64,000 nucleotides of DNA from an uncultured Chloroflexia bacterium (GCA_963707275.1 CAVPPH010000010.1:44764-108763), one strand, 5' to 3'. Numbered from the stretch's first letter, positions 20,981 to 32,107 are shown. Notes: generated from the letters alone by a model not told the origin. Program-made: numbers and translations.

Positions 20981-21031
20981 GGCGCAGAGACACGAAGAGA
21001 AAGCACCTCTTTGCGTCTCTGCGCTTTTCGT
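20981..21031 (+). terminator. Intrinsic terminator-like hairpin after cadherin-like gene array
   Basis: GCGCAGAGAC-23 nt loop-GTCTCTGCGC followed by TTTTCGTT. Confidence 0.55.
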
Positions 21032-21124
21032 TGACCTTCTTTTGCGCCATTTGCGTGACTGATGTAGAATCCCCGCAGTCTTGATCATCCCCGTCGCTCC
21101 GGCCATTCTGGCCGGGAGGCTGCT

Positions 21125-21532
21125 TTGCCCGACCATCTCTCGTTGACGCTTCTGCCCAGCACGCTGGCCATCTGCCGGCTGAATCGCGCAGCCAGTTTGC
21201 CAGCCTGGGCCACCACCAGCCGTTTCTACGCCGTCACGCGCACCGATGAGGAACTGTCGGTCGTCTGCGAACAACACCTCGTTCCCGCTGACATCACCTG
21301 CCAGCGCGACTGGCGCTGCCTCCAGGTGGCTGGGCCGCTGGACTTCGCACTGACCGGCATCCTGGCGCGGCTGACTGCGCCGCTGGCCAATGCAGGCATC
21401 TCGATCTTCGCTATTTCCACCTACGACACCGACTACCTTCTTGTGCAGGCTGGCCAGCTCGATGCTGCTATCACAGCGCTGCGCGCGGCCGGCCACGCAG
21501 TGTGCTGTGACGCCGCTGGTGTGTTACAATAG
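21125..21532 (+). CDS. ACT domain-containing protein
   Basis: 135-aa ORF with ACT-like pattern (LSVVCEQ...GPLDFALTGILARLTAPLANAGISIFAISTYDTDYLLV). Confidence 0.5.
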   Translation: MPDHLSLTLLPSTLAICRLNRAASLPAWATTSRFYAVTRTDEELSVVCEQHLVPADITCQRDWRCLQVAGPLDFALTGILARLTAPLANAGISIFAISTYDTDYLLVQAGQLDAAITALRAAGHAVCCDAAGVLQ

Positions 21533-21566
21533 GCGCAGACTATTTTTGAAGAGGTAGACACAGCGT

Positions 21567-22253
21567 ATGTCCACATCAGAGCAGACCGCCGGCAAGATCA
21601 GTTTCCTGAGCGGGTTGGAACTGTTTCAGGATCTGTCCGTCAAGGAAATCGAAGAGCTTGAACATCTGATTACTATTACCACCGTCCGCCGCGGCAAGGT
21701 CTTCTATCGTCCCGAAGAGACGGGTGAGGTGCTGTTCGTCTTGCAGGAAGGGCGAGTCCAGTTGTATCGCATCTCGCAGGAGGGCAAGAAGCTGGTGATC
21801 GCGTCGCTGGGGCCAGGTTCATTGTTTGGCGAGATGCCGCTGCTGGGCCAGCAACTACACAAGACGTTTGCCGAAGCGGCCGAGGATTGTGTCATTGGCA
21901 TCATGAGCCGCAAGGATCTGGAGCGGCTTTTCCTCAGCAAGCCGCAGCTTGCCATCCGCGTGCTGGACATGACTGGCCGCCGGCTGCGCGAGGTCGAGGA
22001 CCGGCTGCGCGCGATGGCGTTCAAGGGCATACCGGCCCGGCTGTCCGCGCTGCTGCTGCTGCTGGCTGAGCAAAATGGGGGCCTTGAGGTAATCGGATAC
22101 ACGCATCAGGACCTGGCTGAGACGGCCGGCACCTACCGCGAGACCGCGACTCAGGTGCTCAACGAGCTGAAGACCCAGGGCTTGATCGACATCGGCCGCA
22201 AACGTATCGCCATCCTGGACGCTGAAGGGCTGCGGGCCATCGCCGACGAATAG
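21567..22253 (+). CDS. Crp/Fnr family transcriptional regulator (cNMP-binding domain + C-terminal HTH)
   Basis: [25 protein letters not shown]...GEMPLLG ; C-terminal [33 protein letters not shown]. Confidence 0.85.
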   Translation: MSTSEQTAGKISFLSGLELFQDLSVKEIEELEHLITITTVRRGKVFYRPEETGEVLFVLQEGRVQLYRISQEGKKLVIASLGPGSLFGEMPLLGQQLHKTFAEAAEDCVIGIMSRKDLERLFLSKPQLAIRVLDMTGRRLREVEDRLRAMAFKGIPARLSALLLLLAEQNGGLEVIGYTHQDLAETAGTYRETATQVLNELKTQGLIDIGRKRIAILDAEGLRAIADE

Positions 22254-22314
22254 TTCGCGCAAGTTGTCCCGAAATGAAACTGCGCTTGTGATTGCCTGCG
22301 CGAGCGTTTTTGTT

Positions 22315-22343
22315 TTGACATTTGCTCACAGTCATTGTACAAT
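22315..22343 (+). promoter_or_regulatory. Sigma70-like promoter TTGACA-17-TACAAT upstream of ferredoxin gene
   Basis: Exact hexamers read at 22315-22320 and 22338-22343. Confidence 0.55.
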
Positions 22344-22515
22344 TTTCGCAACTGCTCAGGTTCGGGCTTCGTTAGCTCCAGCCCTTGCGCCAGGACCGGC
22401 AGGTTCCACCAATGTTCACTTTTCACGCCGCGCCGGCTTGCGGCAACCCCGCTGCTCGTATGGACGCTATCTGGTCGTCGCCACTGCGTGACCTCGTACA
22501 GGAGGCTACTACTTC

Positions 22516-22788
22516 ATGACCCATGTGATCACCGATCTGTGCATCCGCGACGGCGCGTGCGTTGAGGTGTGTCCGGTTGAGTGCATCATCCCCGGCCAGC
22601 CCGAAATGGAATGGCCGTGGTACTACATCGATCCCGACACCTGCATCGACTGCGGCGCGTGCATCCCGGAATGCCCTGTGGAGGCGATCTTCCCCGAGGC
22701 CGATGTTCCCAAGGAATACGAGCCTTCCACCGCGTTCAACGCCGATTTCTTCAAGAGCGGCCCCGGCTACGAAGCCCTCAACATGTAG
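22516..22788 (+). CDS. Ferredoxin (2x CxxCxxCxxxCP cluster motifs)
   Basis: CVEVCPVECI and CIDCGACIPECP motifs; 90 aa. Confidence 0.85.
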   Translation: MTHVITDLCIRDGACVEVCPVECIIPGQPEMEWPWYYIDPDTCIDCGACIPECPVEAIFPEADVPKEYEPSTAFNADFFKSGPGYEALNM

Positions 22789-22902
22789 CAGTCCGGCGCT
22801 TCGTCCAGGCATTTCCCGGATTCGATCCGGCGTCGATAGATTTCAGCCGAGGCACCGCGCTCTGCCGGCCCTCGCAATTTCACCTCATTTCAGGAGACTC
22901 CC

Positions 22903-23256
22903 ATGACTCACATTATTACCGAACTCTGTTTGCGCGATGGCGCCTGTGTCGAAGTGTGCCCGGTCGAGTGCATTATCCCCGGCCAGCCTCAGAGCGAGTG
23001 GCCGTGGTACTACATTGACCCGGACACCTGCATCGACTGTGGCGCTTGCGTGCCCGAGTGCCCGTTCGAAGCGATCTTCCCCGAGGAGGACGTGCCTGAT
23101 GACTATGTGCTCAAGGCAGGCCAGGAATACGTGCCCTTCGACACCAAGGTGAAGACGGTCGCTGCTGGCGGCGAGGAGCGCGACCTGACCACCGGCAACC
23201 AGCCGAACTACGATTTCTTCACCGACGGGCCGGGCTACGACGCGCTGGACATGTAG
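22903..23256 (+). CDS. Ferredoxin paralog with C-terminal extension
   Basis: First 65 aa ~85% identical to 22516-22788 product. Confidence 0.85.
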   Translation: MTHIITELCLRDGACVEVCPVECIIPGQPQSEWPWYYIDPDTCIDCGACVPECPFEAIFPEEDVPDDYVLKAGQEYVPFDTKVKTVAAGGEERDLTTGNQPNYDFFTDGPGYDALDM

Positions 23257-23363
23257 TTCGAGTAGATCCGCGGCGTTCTGCGGAACTGCCAGCGCGGATT
23301 GGAATCGAGACCCAACGAGGGCCTCTGCTTTGTGGCAGAGGCTCTCTGCGTTCATATAGACAG

Positions 23364-23394
23364 GTGACAGTCACTTTCCGAAAGTGACTGTCAC
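23364..23394. promoter_or_regulatory. 31-bp palindrome GTGACAGTCACTTTCCGAAAGTGACTGTCAC upstream of fumC
   Basis: Read directly; near-identical copy at 24837-24869. Confidence 0.6.
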
Positions 23395-23434
23395 CTCATC
23401 CCGACGGCGAGTAATAACTAAGGAACAAGACAAA

Positions 23435-24826
<1,392 letters not shown>

Positions 24827-24836
24827 TTTGCTTTCA

Positions 24837-24869
24837 AGTGACTGTTACTTTCCGAAAGTGACAGTCACT
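24837..24869. promoter_or_regulatory. Second copy of palindrome AGTGACTGTTACTTTCCGAAAGTGACAGTCACT, downstream of fumC / upstream of PRTase gene
   Basis: Read directly. Confidence 0.6.
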
Positions 24870-24875
24870 TCCACG

Positions 24876-25472
24876 CCAATGACTTCACCTTCCTACGACT
24901 ACACCCAGCGCGCCGGCGTCCTGCCCATCTCCTGGAACGACTTCCACGGTCTGTGCAAAGCGCTGGCGCTGGGCGTTCAGTCCTGGCGTCCCGAGCTGAT
25001 CCTGGCAATCGGGCGCGGCGGCTATTACCCCGGTACGTTGCTGGCCCACATGCTGCGCATCGATCTCTGGCCGGTTTACCTGACGCGGCGGGAGCGGGAC
25101 GCGGTCGTGCGCGAGCATCCGCTGTGGATTATCGAGCCGCCGGCCGCGGTGGCGGGCCGGCGCGTGCTGATCGTGGACGAGATCAGCAGCAGCGGCGAGA
25201 CGGTGCGACTGGTACATGAGCGGGCGCTGGAACTGGGCGCGGCCGAGGCGCGCGTTGCCGTTCTCTACGCCCATGGTTGGGGCGTCGAAACCCCTGATTA
25301 CATTGGCCTGGTGTCCGATGCGCTGATTCTCAACCCGTGGGATCGGGAAGTGCTTGGCGAAGCAGGCTGGCACGTGCACCCTGAATACCGGGAGGCCTTG
25401 GAAGAGCAGGGTATCAAACCGGTGGCATCGCTGTTAATCGAAGCCTCGTCGTTCAGCCTAGCCAAAGGGTAG
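24876..25472 (+). CDS. Phosphoribosyltransferase-domain protein
   Basis: PRPP-binding motif VLIVDEISSSGETV. Confidence 0.7.
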   Translation, partial: PMTSPSYDYTQRAGVLPISWNDFHGLCKALALGVQSWRPELILAIGRGGYYPGTLLAHMLRIDLWPVYLTRRERDAVVREHPLWIIEPPAAVAGRRVLIVDEISSSGETVRLVHERALELGAAEARVAVLYAHGWGVETPDYIGLVSDALILNPWDREVLGEAGWHVHPEYREALEEQGIKPVASLLIEASSFSLAKG

Positions 25473-25523
25473 CACGAGACAATCTTGTAATTCCAGCGGA
25501 GTTGGGTTTTGAGGCCGTCCGGT

Positions 25524-25653
25524 CCGTCATTCCGAGCGGCTTTACTCGAAACACTGTAAGTTGCGAGACGTCAGCGAGGAATCTCTCCGGAGAGATTCCT
25601 CGCTGACGTCTCTGTGTTGCAAGGCTGGCTGCCAGACCCGCTCGGAATGACCT
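25524..25653. terminator. Nested perfect palindromes between convergent genes (bidirectional terminator-like structure)
   Basis: 46-bp perfect palindrome 25566-25611 (AGACGTCAGCGAGGAATCTCTCC|GGAGAGATTCCTCGCTGACGTCT) nested inside arms GTCATTCCGAGCGG/CCGCTCGGAATGAC. Confidence 0.6.
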
Positions 25654-25690
25654 GTGAGGCCGGCTTACCAAACTATTATCTCAACCAGCA

Positions 25691-26581
25691 TCAACCGGCG
25701 ACTTTGCCCGCCCAGCGCACAAACTGCCCGTGCTCGATCTCCCGATTCGCGCTGCGATCGCGTGTCACCATCCGTCCCGCCGTCAGGTCGCCGCGGTGAC
25801 CGGCCATCATCGCGGCCAGCGCATCCTGCGTTATGCCGAAGTCTACTGACCGGGTATACAGCGTCGCCACCACCAGCCGCGGCCGGTCGCTCAACACCGC
25901 GCGACAGGCTGTGCACAACTCCCCGAACAACTGCTCGAAACTCCAGACCTCGCCGTTCGGCCCGCGTCCGAAGGCGGGCGGATCCATAATGATACCGTCG
26001 TAACGTGTACCTCGCCTCGTCTCGCGCCGCAGATATTTCAATGCATCCTCGACGATCCAGCGTACCGGCCTGTCCGCCAGCCCCGACAGCGCCTGGTTTT
26101 CCCGCGCCCGGGTGACAGCGCGCTTCGATGCGTCGACATGCGTGACACGCGCGCCGGCGCGTGCTGCTGCCAGCGTCGCCAGCCCGGTGTAGCCGAACAG
26201 GTTGAGCAGGCGCAGCGGACGGCCTGCCGCGGCCACCTGCGTCTCGATCCAGTCCCAGTGGACGGCGTTTTCCGGAAACACGCCGACATGCCGCGATTGG
26301 TCGATCTCAAGCTGGCACTGCAAACCGCGATAGTCGATGACCCAGCGACGTTCGAAGGGGTGTTGCATTGCCCAGCGGCCGCCCTGCTCGCTCTGCCGGT
26401 AGACGGCGTGGGCCGCTTGCCAGTCGCGCGCCGGCAAGGCTGCCCGCCAGCTTGCCTGGGCTTCCGGGCGCACCAGGACGACCGGGCCGAAGCGTTCCAG
26501 CTTCTGGCCGTCGCCGCTGTCCAGCAGATCGTAGTCGGTCCAGCCGGTTGCCCGTAGGGTGGACAGAGCAGACAGGTTCAT
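25691..26581 (-). CDS. Class I SAM-dependent RNA methyltransferase (RlmI/YccW-like small type)
   Basis: LNLFGYTGLATLAAARAGARVTHVDASK SAM-binding motif; DPPAFG. Confidence 0.65.
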   Translation of the reverse strand: MNLSALSTLRATGWTDYDLLDSGDGQKLERFGPVVLVRPEAQASWRAALPARDWQAAHAVYRQSEQGGRWAMQHPFERRWVIDYRGLQCQLEIDQSRHVGVFPENAVHWDWIETQVAAAGRPLRLLNLFGYTGLATLAAARAGARVTHVDASKRAVTRARENQALSGLADRPVRWIVEDALKYLRRETRRGTRYDGIIMDPPAFGRGPNGEVWSFEQLFGELCTACRAVLSDRPRLVVATLYTRSVDFGITQDALAAMMAGHRGDLTAGRMVTRDRSANREIEHGQFVRWAGKVAG

Positions 26582-27492
26582 GTCAGGAAGATCAGGGCGG
26601 TGCCGGTCAGCGCGATCAGCGTGCCGACAATCGCGCGCGAGGTGATCCGTTCGCCAAAGAAGTAGTGCGACAGCGGGATCAGCATCACGGGCGACAACGA
26701 CATCAGCGTCGCGGCGATGCCGACCGGCGCGTTCTGCACCGCGATCATCGAATTCCAGACGCCGAGAAAGGGGCCGGTGAACGCGCCGCCGGCGATCAAG
26801 ACCAGCGCGCGCCGGTCGCGCAGTGCACTGATGGTGGCAGGACCACGGCCGCGCAGCAGCGTGAAAAGCCAGATCGCTGCGGTCGCCACCACCATGCGGA
26901 TCACCGTGGCCGACAGTGGTGGAAAGCCGCCTTCCAGCCCCTTTTTAGAAAGCAGCAGACCGGCAGACTGGCCGGCCGCGCCGCCCAGCGCCAGCAGCAC
27001 GCCGATGAGGTAGATGCGCCGGTTGTCGTCGCCGGCAAAGGAGATGCGGCTGCGGCTGTTGCGCCGCTCTGACACCACCCAGGCAACGCCAAACAGCGTC
27101 AGTGTCATAGCCAGCAACTCGACCGCCGTCAGCGCTTCGTGGAACAGCAGCCATGCCAGCACGGTGCTCATGACCGGGACGGTGGTCATGACGACCTGCG
27201 AGCGCCGCGGGCCGATGGACACATACGCCTGGAACAAAAAGGCGTCGCCGATGGCCAGCCCAACGATGCCCGACAACCCCAGCCAGAACCAGCTTTCCTT
27301 GCCCGCACCCACCGGCCACCACTGGCCTTGCAAGACCAGGTGGGCGATGGACAGGTAAAACACCGCCATCGCCAGCCGCGTCCGGTTGACGACCGCGGAG
27401 CCGACGCGCCGGCCGGCGAAAGTGAACTGGATGCCGGTAAACGACCAGAGGATGGCTGTGGCCAGCGCGGCCAGTTCACCGATGCCAGGCAT
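26578..27492 (-). CDS. EamA/DMT family transporter
   Basis: 10 predicted TM helices, duplicated EamA-like halves. Confidence 0.7.
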   Translation of the reverse strand: MPGIGELAALATAILWSFTGIQFTFAGRRVGSAVVNRTRLAMAVFYLSIAHLVLQGQWWPVGAGKESWFWLGLSGIVGLAIGDAFLFQAYVSIGPRRSQVVMTTVPVMSTVLAWLLFHEALTAVELLAMTLTLFGVAWVVSERRNSRSRISFAGDDNRRIYLIGVLLALGGAAGQSAGLLLSKKGLEGGFPPLSATVIRMVVATAAIWLFTLLRGRGPATISALRDRRALVLIAGGAFTGPFLGVWNSMIAVQNAPVGIAATLMSLSPVMLIPLSHYFFGERITSRAIVGTLIALTGTALIFLT

Positions 27493-27625
27493 GGGGCGTC
27501 AGCCGGTCTGGACGCGGATAAACGCGGATCGGCGCGGATTGCTAACGGCCCCGATTCGGTATCTGATCATTCCGCGTCTTCCGCGTCCAGTTGCGGGCTG
27601 CGAAGGGTTGCTGGAATCGACGCTG

Positions 27626-28045
27626 CTATTCGTCGGCGGCCAGTTGGCCCGCTTCTTCGATCCAGTGCTCCGGCTCGATCTTCTGCCAGTCGGCTGCTGC
27701 CACGGCCGCGCGCACGGTGTCAGGATCGGACGCGGCCAGGTGCGCGTAGGTGTGCAGTCCCGCGGCGCGCAGACGGCTCTGGAATACCGGGCCGATGCCG
27801 TTGATGCGCGTCAGGTCGTCGTTCTGCACCGGCTCGGCAGGCGCGGGCATCACGTCCGCCGCGGGTGGCGCAGTCGAGGCTTCCGTGGCAGCGGACTGGC
27901 GGGCGGTTGCCATCTGGGCGCGGTAGCGGATCGCCTCGTCGCGCGCCTCGCGCAGGCGGTTCTGGTCGGCCACGTTCTCGCGCAGCTTGGCCAGGACGAA
28001 ACCGACCACGACGCCAATGGTGAGTGTGAAAAGAAAACGAAACAT
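27626..28045 (-). CDS. Small membrane-anchored protein with C-terminal helix-hairpin-helix motif
   Basis: N-terminal TM MFRFLFTLTIGVVVGFVLA; LTRINGIGPVFQSRL HhH. Confidence 0.45.
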   Translation of the reverse strand: MFRFLFTLTIGVVVGFVLAKLRENVADQNRLREARDEAIRYRAQMATARQSAATEASTAPPAADVMPAPAEPVQNDDLTRINGIGPVFQSRLRAAGLHTYAHLAASDPDTVRAAVAAADWQKIEPEHWIEEAGQLAADE

Positions 28046-28200
28046 GGGACGCTCCGGGTTGGGGAATGATGAACGATAGACGGCGGCTGAACGGTGAGCA
28101 ATAGCGGCCCACCGTCGAAGACCAGCCCGATTGTAGCATCTTCCCGCCAGCCTGTGAAGTAACGCGTCCTGCCTACCAGCAACGGCACATGAATGCCAGG

Positions 28201-28437
28201 TCAGGCGCTGCCAAAGAGCCGGCACCCGTCTTGCGTCACTCCATCGGGCATGTTCGCGCCGGTCAGGTCGGCCCTGGCCATCTCCGCGCCGGTCAGGTCG
28301 GTGTTGCGCAGGTAGGTGTTGCCAAGATTGGCCCCGCTCAGGTTTGCAAAGCTCAGATCCGCCTCCTGTAGGTTAGGCCAGCTCAGGACCGCCCCATGCA
28401 GGTCGGTGCCACTAAGGCTACGTCGCCTCAGAAATGT
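28201..28437 (-). CDS. Pentapeptide-repeat protein fragment (no ATG/GTG/TTG start in frame)
   Basis: My own minus-strand translation: [60 protein letters not shown]...*; not in ORF track because it lacks a start. Confidence 0.35.
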   Translation of the reverse strand, partial: TFLRRRSLSGTDLHGAVLSWPNLQEADLSFANLSGANLGNTYLRNTDLTGAEMARADLTGANMPDGVTQDGCRLFGSA

Positions 28438-28556
28438 GCGAAACTACCGACATGTTGACACTTCGCGGCTGTTTTGCCGGAAGCGGCGGCAACGGCTACA
28501 ATCGAAAAACGCTGCCCCACGCAGCGCATTCCCGTATACAGTTTGACATAGAAACC

Positions 28557-29682
28557 ATGACCGGATCAACTCCCCAATTCATCCACCAGCGCATCGTCCT
28601 GAAACTGGGCACCAGCGTGCTGACCGCCGGGTCGCCGCGCATCAACCGACCGCGGCTGCTGGACATCGTACGCCAGTGCGCGCGCCTGCGGGCCAGCGGA
28701 GTCGAGGTAGTTGTCGTCAGCTCCGGAGCGATCGGCGCAGGTCGCGAGCGGCTGGGCTTTCGCCAGTTGCCGCGCGCCATGCCCGCCAAGCAAATGCTGG
28801 CCGCGGTCGGCCAAAGCCGGCTGCTGGGCCTCTACGAAGAGTACTTCGCCATCTACGATGTCGTCGTCGGCCAGGTACTGCTGACCCGCGCCGATCTGGA
28901 CAACCGCAGCCGTTACCTCAACGCGCGCGACACGCTGCAAGCCTTGCTGGCCGAGCGCATCGTGCCGGTCATCAACGAAAACGACGCGGTCGCCACCGAG
29001 GAGATCAAGCTGGGCGACAACGACACGCTGTCGGCGCTGGTGTCCAACCTGGTAGAAGCCGATCTGCTATTGATCCTGACCGACCAGCCAGGACTGTTCA
29101 CAGCCGATCCGCGCAACGATCCCGCCGCGCGAACTCATCAGCGAAGTCAGCGTCATCGATGACGACCTGCGCGCCGTCGCTGGCGGTTCCAACAGCGGGC
29201 TGGGCGTCGGCGGCATGACCACCAAGCTGACGGCGGCCGATCTGGCCCGGCGCGGCGGCGCACAGGTCGTCATCGCGGCCGGCAGTGTCGATGACGTGGT
29301 GCTGCGGGTTGCGGCGGGCGAGCGCATCGGCACCCGTTTCGCACCGCTGGCTGGCCGGCTGGAAAGCCGCAAGCGCTGGCTGCTGGGCGGTCTGGCGCCA
29401 ACCGGACGCATCTGGGTAGACGCGGGCGCCGAGCGGGCGCTGCTGGCGCAGGGACGCAGCCTGTTACCGGTCGGCGTGACCCGGGTCGAGGGGCAGTTTC
29501 AGCGCGGCGACACCGTGCGCATCTGCAACGTCGCCGGCCGCGAAGTCGCACGCGGGCTGTCGCGTTACGGCGCAGAGTCGTTGGAGCGGATCATGGGCCG
29601 GCGTTCCGACGAGATCGAGGCAATCCTCGGCTACGAGTACGGCGAGACCGTGGTGCACCGCGACGATCTGGTGGTGCTGTAA
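28557..29682 (+). CDS. proB: Glutamate 5-kinase with PUA domain; single-base frameshift near 29125
   Basis: [21 protein letters not shown] in ORF 28434-29162; C-terminal half+PUA in ORF 29215-29682; shifting one base at GCCGCGCGAACTC restores [24 protein letters not shown]. Confidence 0.8.
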
Positions 29683-29709
29683 GCAAAGTTACTTCAATTT
29701 GGCGTCTGC

Positions 29710-30540
29710 TTACACCGGCGCCAGCGTGCCGGCGAAGATCAGCCAGGCCAGCGTGGTCTTGGCCAGCAGGCTGAGCACGATGTAGATCCGCTCGCCGAAC
29801 AGATAGTTCTGCCAACGCCCCACCTTCTTGTACTGCAAGTACATGTTGATGGCGAAGATGTTGAAGAAGACGAACAGCGTCGGGATGATGATGTAGACGA
29901 AGGCCGGCGGTTTGGCGTCGCCCGAGTTGACGGCCCCCACGAAATAGAGCGTGATCACGATCCAGGGGAAGATGCCGGCGATGCAGCCGTAGATGAAGGA
30001 GGTCCAGTCGGTCTTCTTGGTGGTCTGGTTGTGCAGCTCCATCATCACGCCGAACAGGTTCATCATGGCGTTGACGCCGAAGATCAGGATGATCGCGCCC
30101 AGATCCCAGATCCCCACCAACATACCGATCAGCACGATCATCAGCGACGAGCTGAGGGCATACTCATAGAAGCGGATGGGGTTCATCCCCTTCTTCAGGG
30201 CGGCGACGTAGCGAGGATAGCCGATGGTCGCCAGATAGAAGTGGGCCACGGCCGAGATCAGCAGGAACATGGCGACGGCCGGCCCAAAACGCAGCTCGTA
30301 GAGCAGTTGCGGATTGGGCGCCAGCGAGCGGGTCGCCACGTCGAAGTTGAGAAAGTTGGTGTAGATCGGGTAGGTGGTGGCGTTGCTCAACACGATCATC
30401 AGGATGCCCTGGATCAGGTGCAGAAAGCCCATGATCAGGTTGAAGCGGCGCAGGCTGGTGTAGCTAGCCTCGGATTCGGCAGGCGTGCTCGCCACGGGAG
30501 CAGGCACGCGCTTGGCAGGAGCAGAGCGTTTCTTGGTCAT
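29710..30540 (-). CDS. Heliorhodopsin (7-TM microbial rhodopsin, inverted topology family)
   Basis: Strong match to HeR 48C12 recalled from memory: NPIRFYEYALSSSLMIVLIG, YGCIAGIFPW, YLQYKKVGRWQNYLFGERIYIVLSLLAKTTLAW (Schiff-base Lys in VLSLLAK). Confidence 0.8.
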   Translation of the reverse strand: MTKKRSAPAKRVPAPVASTPAESEASYTSLRRFNLIMGFLHLIQGILMIVLSNATTYPIYTNFLNFDVATRSLAPNPQLLYELRFGPAVAMFLLISAVAHFYLATIGYPRYVAALKKGMNPIRFYEYALSSSLMIVLIGMLVGIWDLGAIILIFGVNAMMNLFGVMMELHNQTTKKTDWTSFIYGCIAGIFPWIVITLYFVGAVNSGDAKPPAFVYIIIPTLFVFFNIFAINMYLQYKKVGRWQNYLFGERIYIVLSLLAKTTLAWLIFAGTLAPV

Positions 30541-30751
30541 CGGTCGATCCTCCTTGGGTCGAACCAGAGCTTGGTTACACCGCGCCAATCGGGTAGCGGG
30601 CGTATGCGGTGGTTCGATTATAGCCGCTAGTGACCAAAGGAGCAAAGGAGGCAAAGCGACACACGCTGCCCACACGGGAAGTACTGTGAGACGCTGCCCG
30701 GTTAGCTCTACCCTCCTGAAAGTTGGTAACCTCACAGAGGGTTTCTGTCGA

Positions 30752-30779
30752 TTGACTCGAACGGCGGTGTGGCTATAAT
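30752..30779 (+). promoter_or_regulatory. Sigma70-like promoter TTGACT-16-TATAAT upstream of proA
   Basis: Hexamers read at 30752-30757 and 30774-30779. Confidence 0.5.
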
Positions 30780-30829
30780 GACCTTCGTTCAATCAACCAT
30801 TATTGACTGCAATTTCCGGGAGTCGCCTC

Positions 30830-32107
30830 ATGACTGAGACCAACCTCAATATCTTGGGCCAGCGCGCCAGGGCTGCCAGCCGGCTGCTGGGTCGGGCTTC
30901 GACGGCTCAGAAGAACGCCGCCTTGCACGCCATTGCCGGCGGGCTAGAACGCAACGCGGCCCAGATTCTGGCCGCCAACGCGTTGGACGTGGCCGACGCG
31001 CAGGCGGCCGGCTTGTCGCCCGCGCTGGTGGACCGCCTGCTGCTGACCGATAAGCGGCTGGCCGGCATGGCCGCCGACACCCGCAGCGTCGCCGTGCTGC
31101 CCGATCCGGTTGGCGAGGAATATGACGGCCAACTGCGGCCCAACGGTCTGCGCATCGCGCGCCGGCGGACGCCGCTGGGTGTGCTGGGCGTGATCTACGA
31201 GGCGCGGCCCAACGTTACTATCGACATCGCCGCGTTGAGCCTCAAGACCGGCAACGCGGCCATTCTGCGCGGCGGCAAGGAAACGCTGCGCAGCAACCTG
31301 GCGCTGGTGGACGTGATCCAGACGGCGCTGGAGCAAGCGGGACTGCCGGGCGACAGCATCCTCTACATCGACAGCCCCGACCGCGCGCTGGTCACAGAGC
31401 TGCTGCGGCTGGATGCATACGTGGACATGATCATCCCGCGCGGCGGTAACGCGCTGCACAAGCTGTGCCGCGAGCAGGCCACGATCCCGGTCATGACCGG
31501 CGGCATCGGCATCTGCCACCTGTTTGTCGACGCGTCGGCCGACCAGACCAAGGCGGTCGAGATCATCCACAACGCCAAGACGCAGCGCCCGACCGTCTGC
31601 AACTCGCTGGACACCGTGCTGGTACACCGCGATGTCGCGGCCGATTTCCTGCCACGCATGGCGGCGCGGCTGGCCGGCGATGCGGTCGAGCTCCGGGCTG
31701 ATCCGATGTCGTACCTGATCCTGGAGCGGTCAGGCGAGGGCAGCGACTGGAAGGTGGAGCCGGCCGGGCCGGATGACTTCGACCAGGAATGGCTGAGCCT
31801 GATTCTGGGCGTCAAAGTGGTGGGTGGGCTGGACGAGGCCATCGACCACATCGCCGCCCACAGCACCGCGCATTCCGACGGCATCCTGACCGAGAGCTAT
31901 AGCCACGCCCAGCGCTTTGTCAACGAGGTCGACTCGGCGGCGGTCTTTGTCAATGCCAGCACCCGCTTCAACGACGGCGGCCAGCTTGGCCTGGGCGCAG
32001 AGGTGGCCGTTAGCACGCAGAAGTTGCACGCCCGCGGGCCGATGGGATTGCAGGAGCTGACGACGTATAAGTGGGTGGTGTTTGGTGAAGGGCAAGTACG
32101 GGAGTGA
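30830..32107 (+). CDS. proA: Gamma-glutamyl phosphate reductase
   Basis: Full-length ALDH-fold ProA pattern ([10 protein letters not shown], catalytic Cys in TVCNSLDT). Confidence 0.85.
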   Translation: MTETNLNILGQRARAASRLLGRASTAQKNAALHAIAGGLERNAAQILAANALDVADAQAAGLSPALVDRLLLTDKRLAGMAADTRSVAVLPDPVGEEYDGQLRPNGLRIARRRTPLGVLGVIYEARPNVTIDIAALSLKTGNAAILRGGKETLRSNLALVDVIQTALEQAGLPGDSILYIDSPDRALVTELLRLDAYVDMIIPRGGNALHKLCREQATIPVMTGGIGICHLFVDASADQTKAVEIIHNAKTQRPTVCNSLDTVLVHRDVAADFLPRMAARLAGDAVELRADPMSYLILERSGEGSDWKVEPAGPDDFDQEWLSLILGVKVVGGLDEAIDHIAAHSTAHSDGILTESYSHAQRFVNEVDSAAVFVNASTRFNDGGQLGLGAEVAVSTQKLHARGPMGLQELTTYKWVVFGEGQVRE

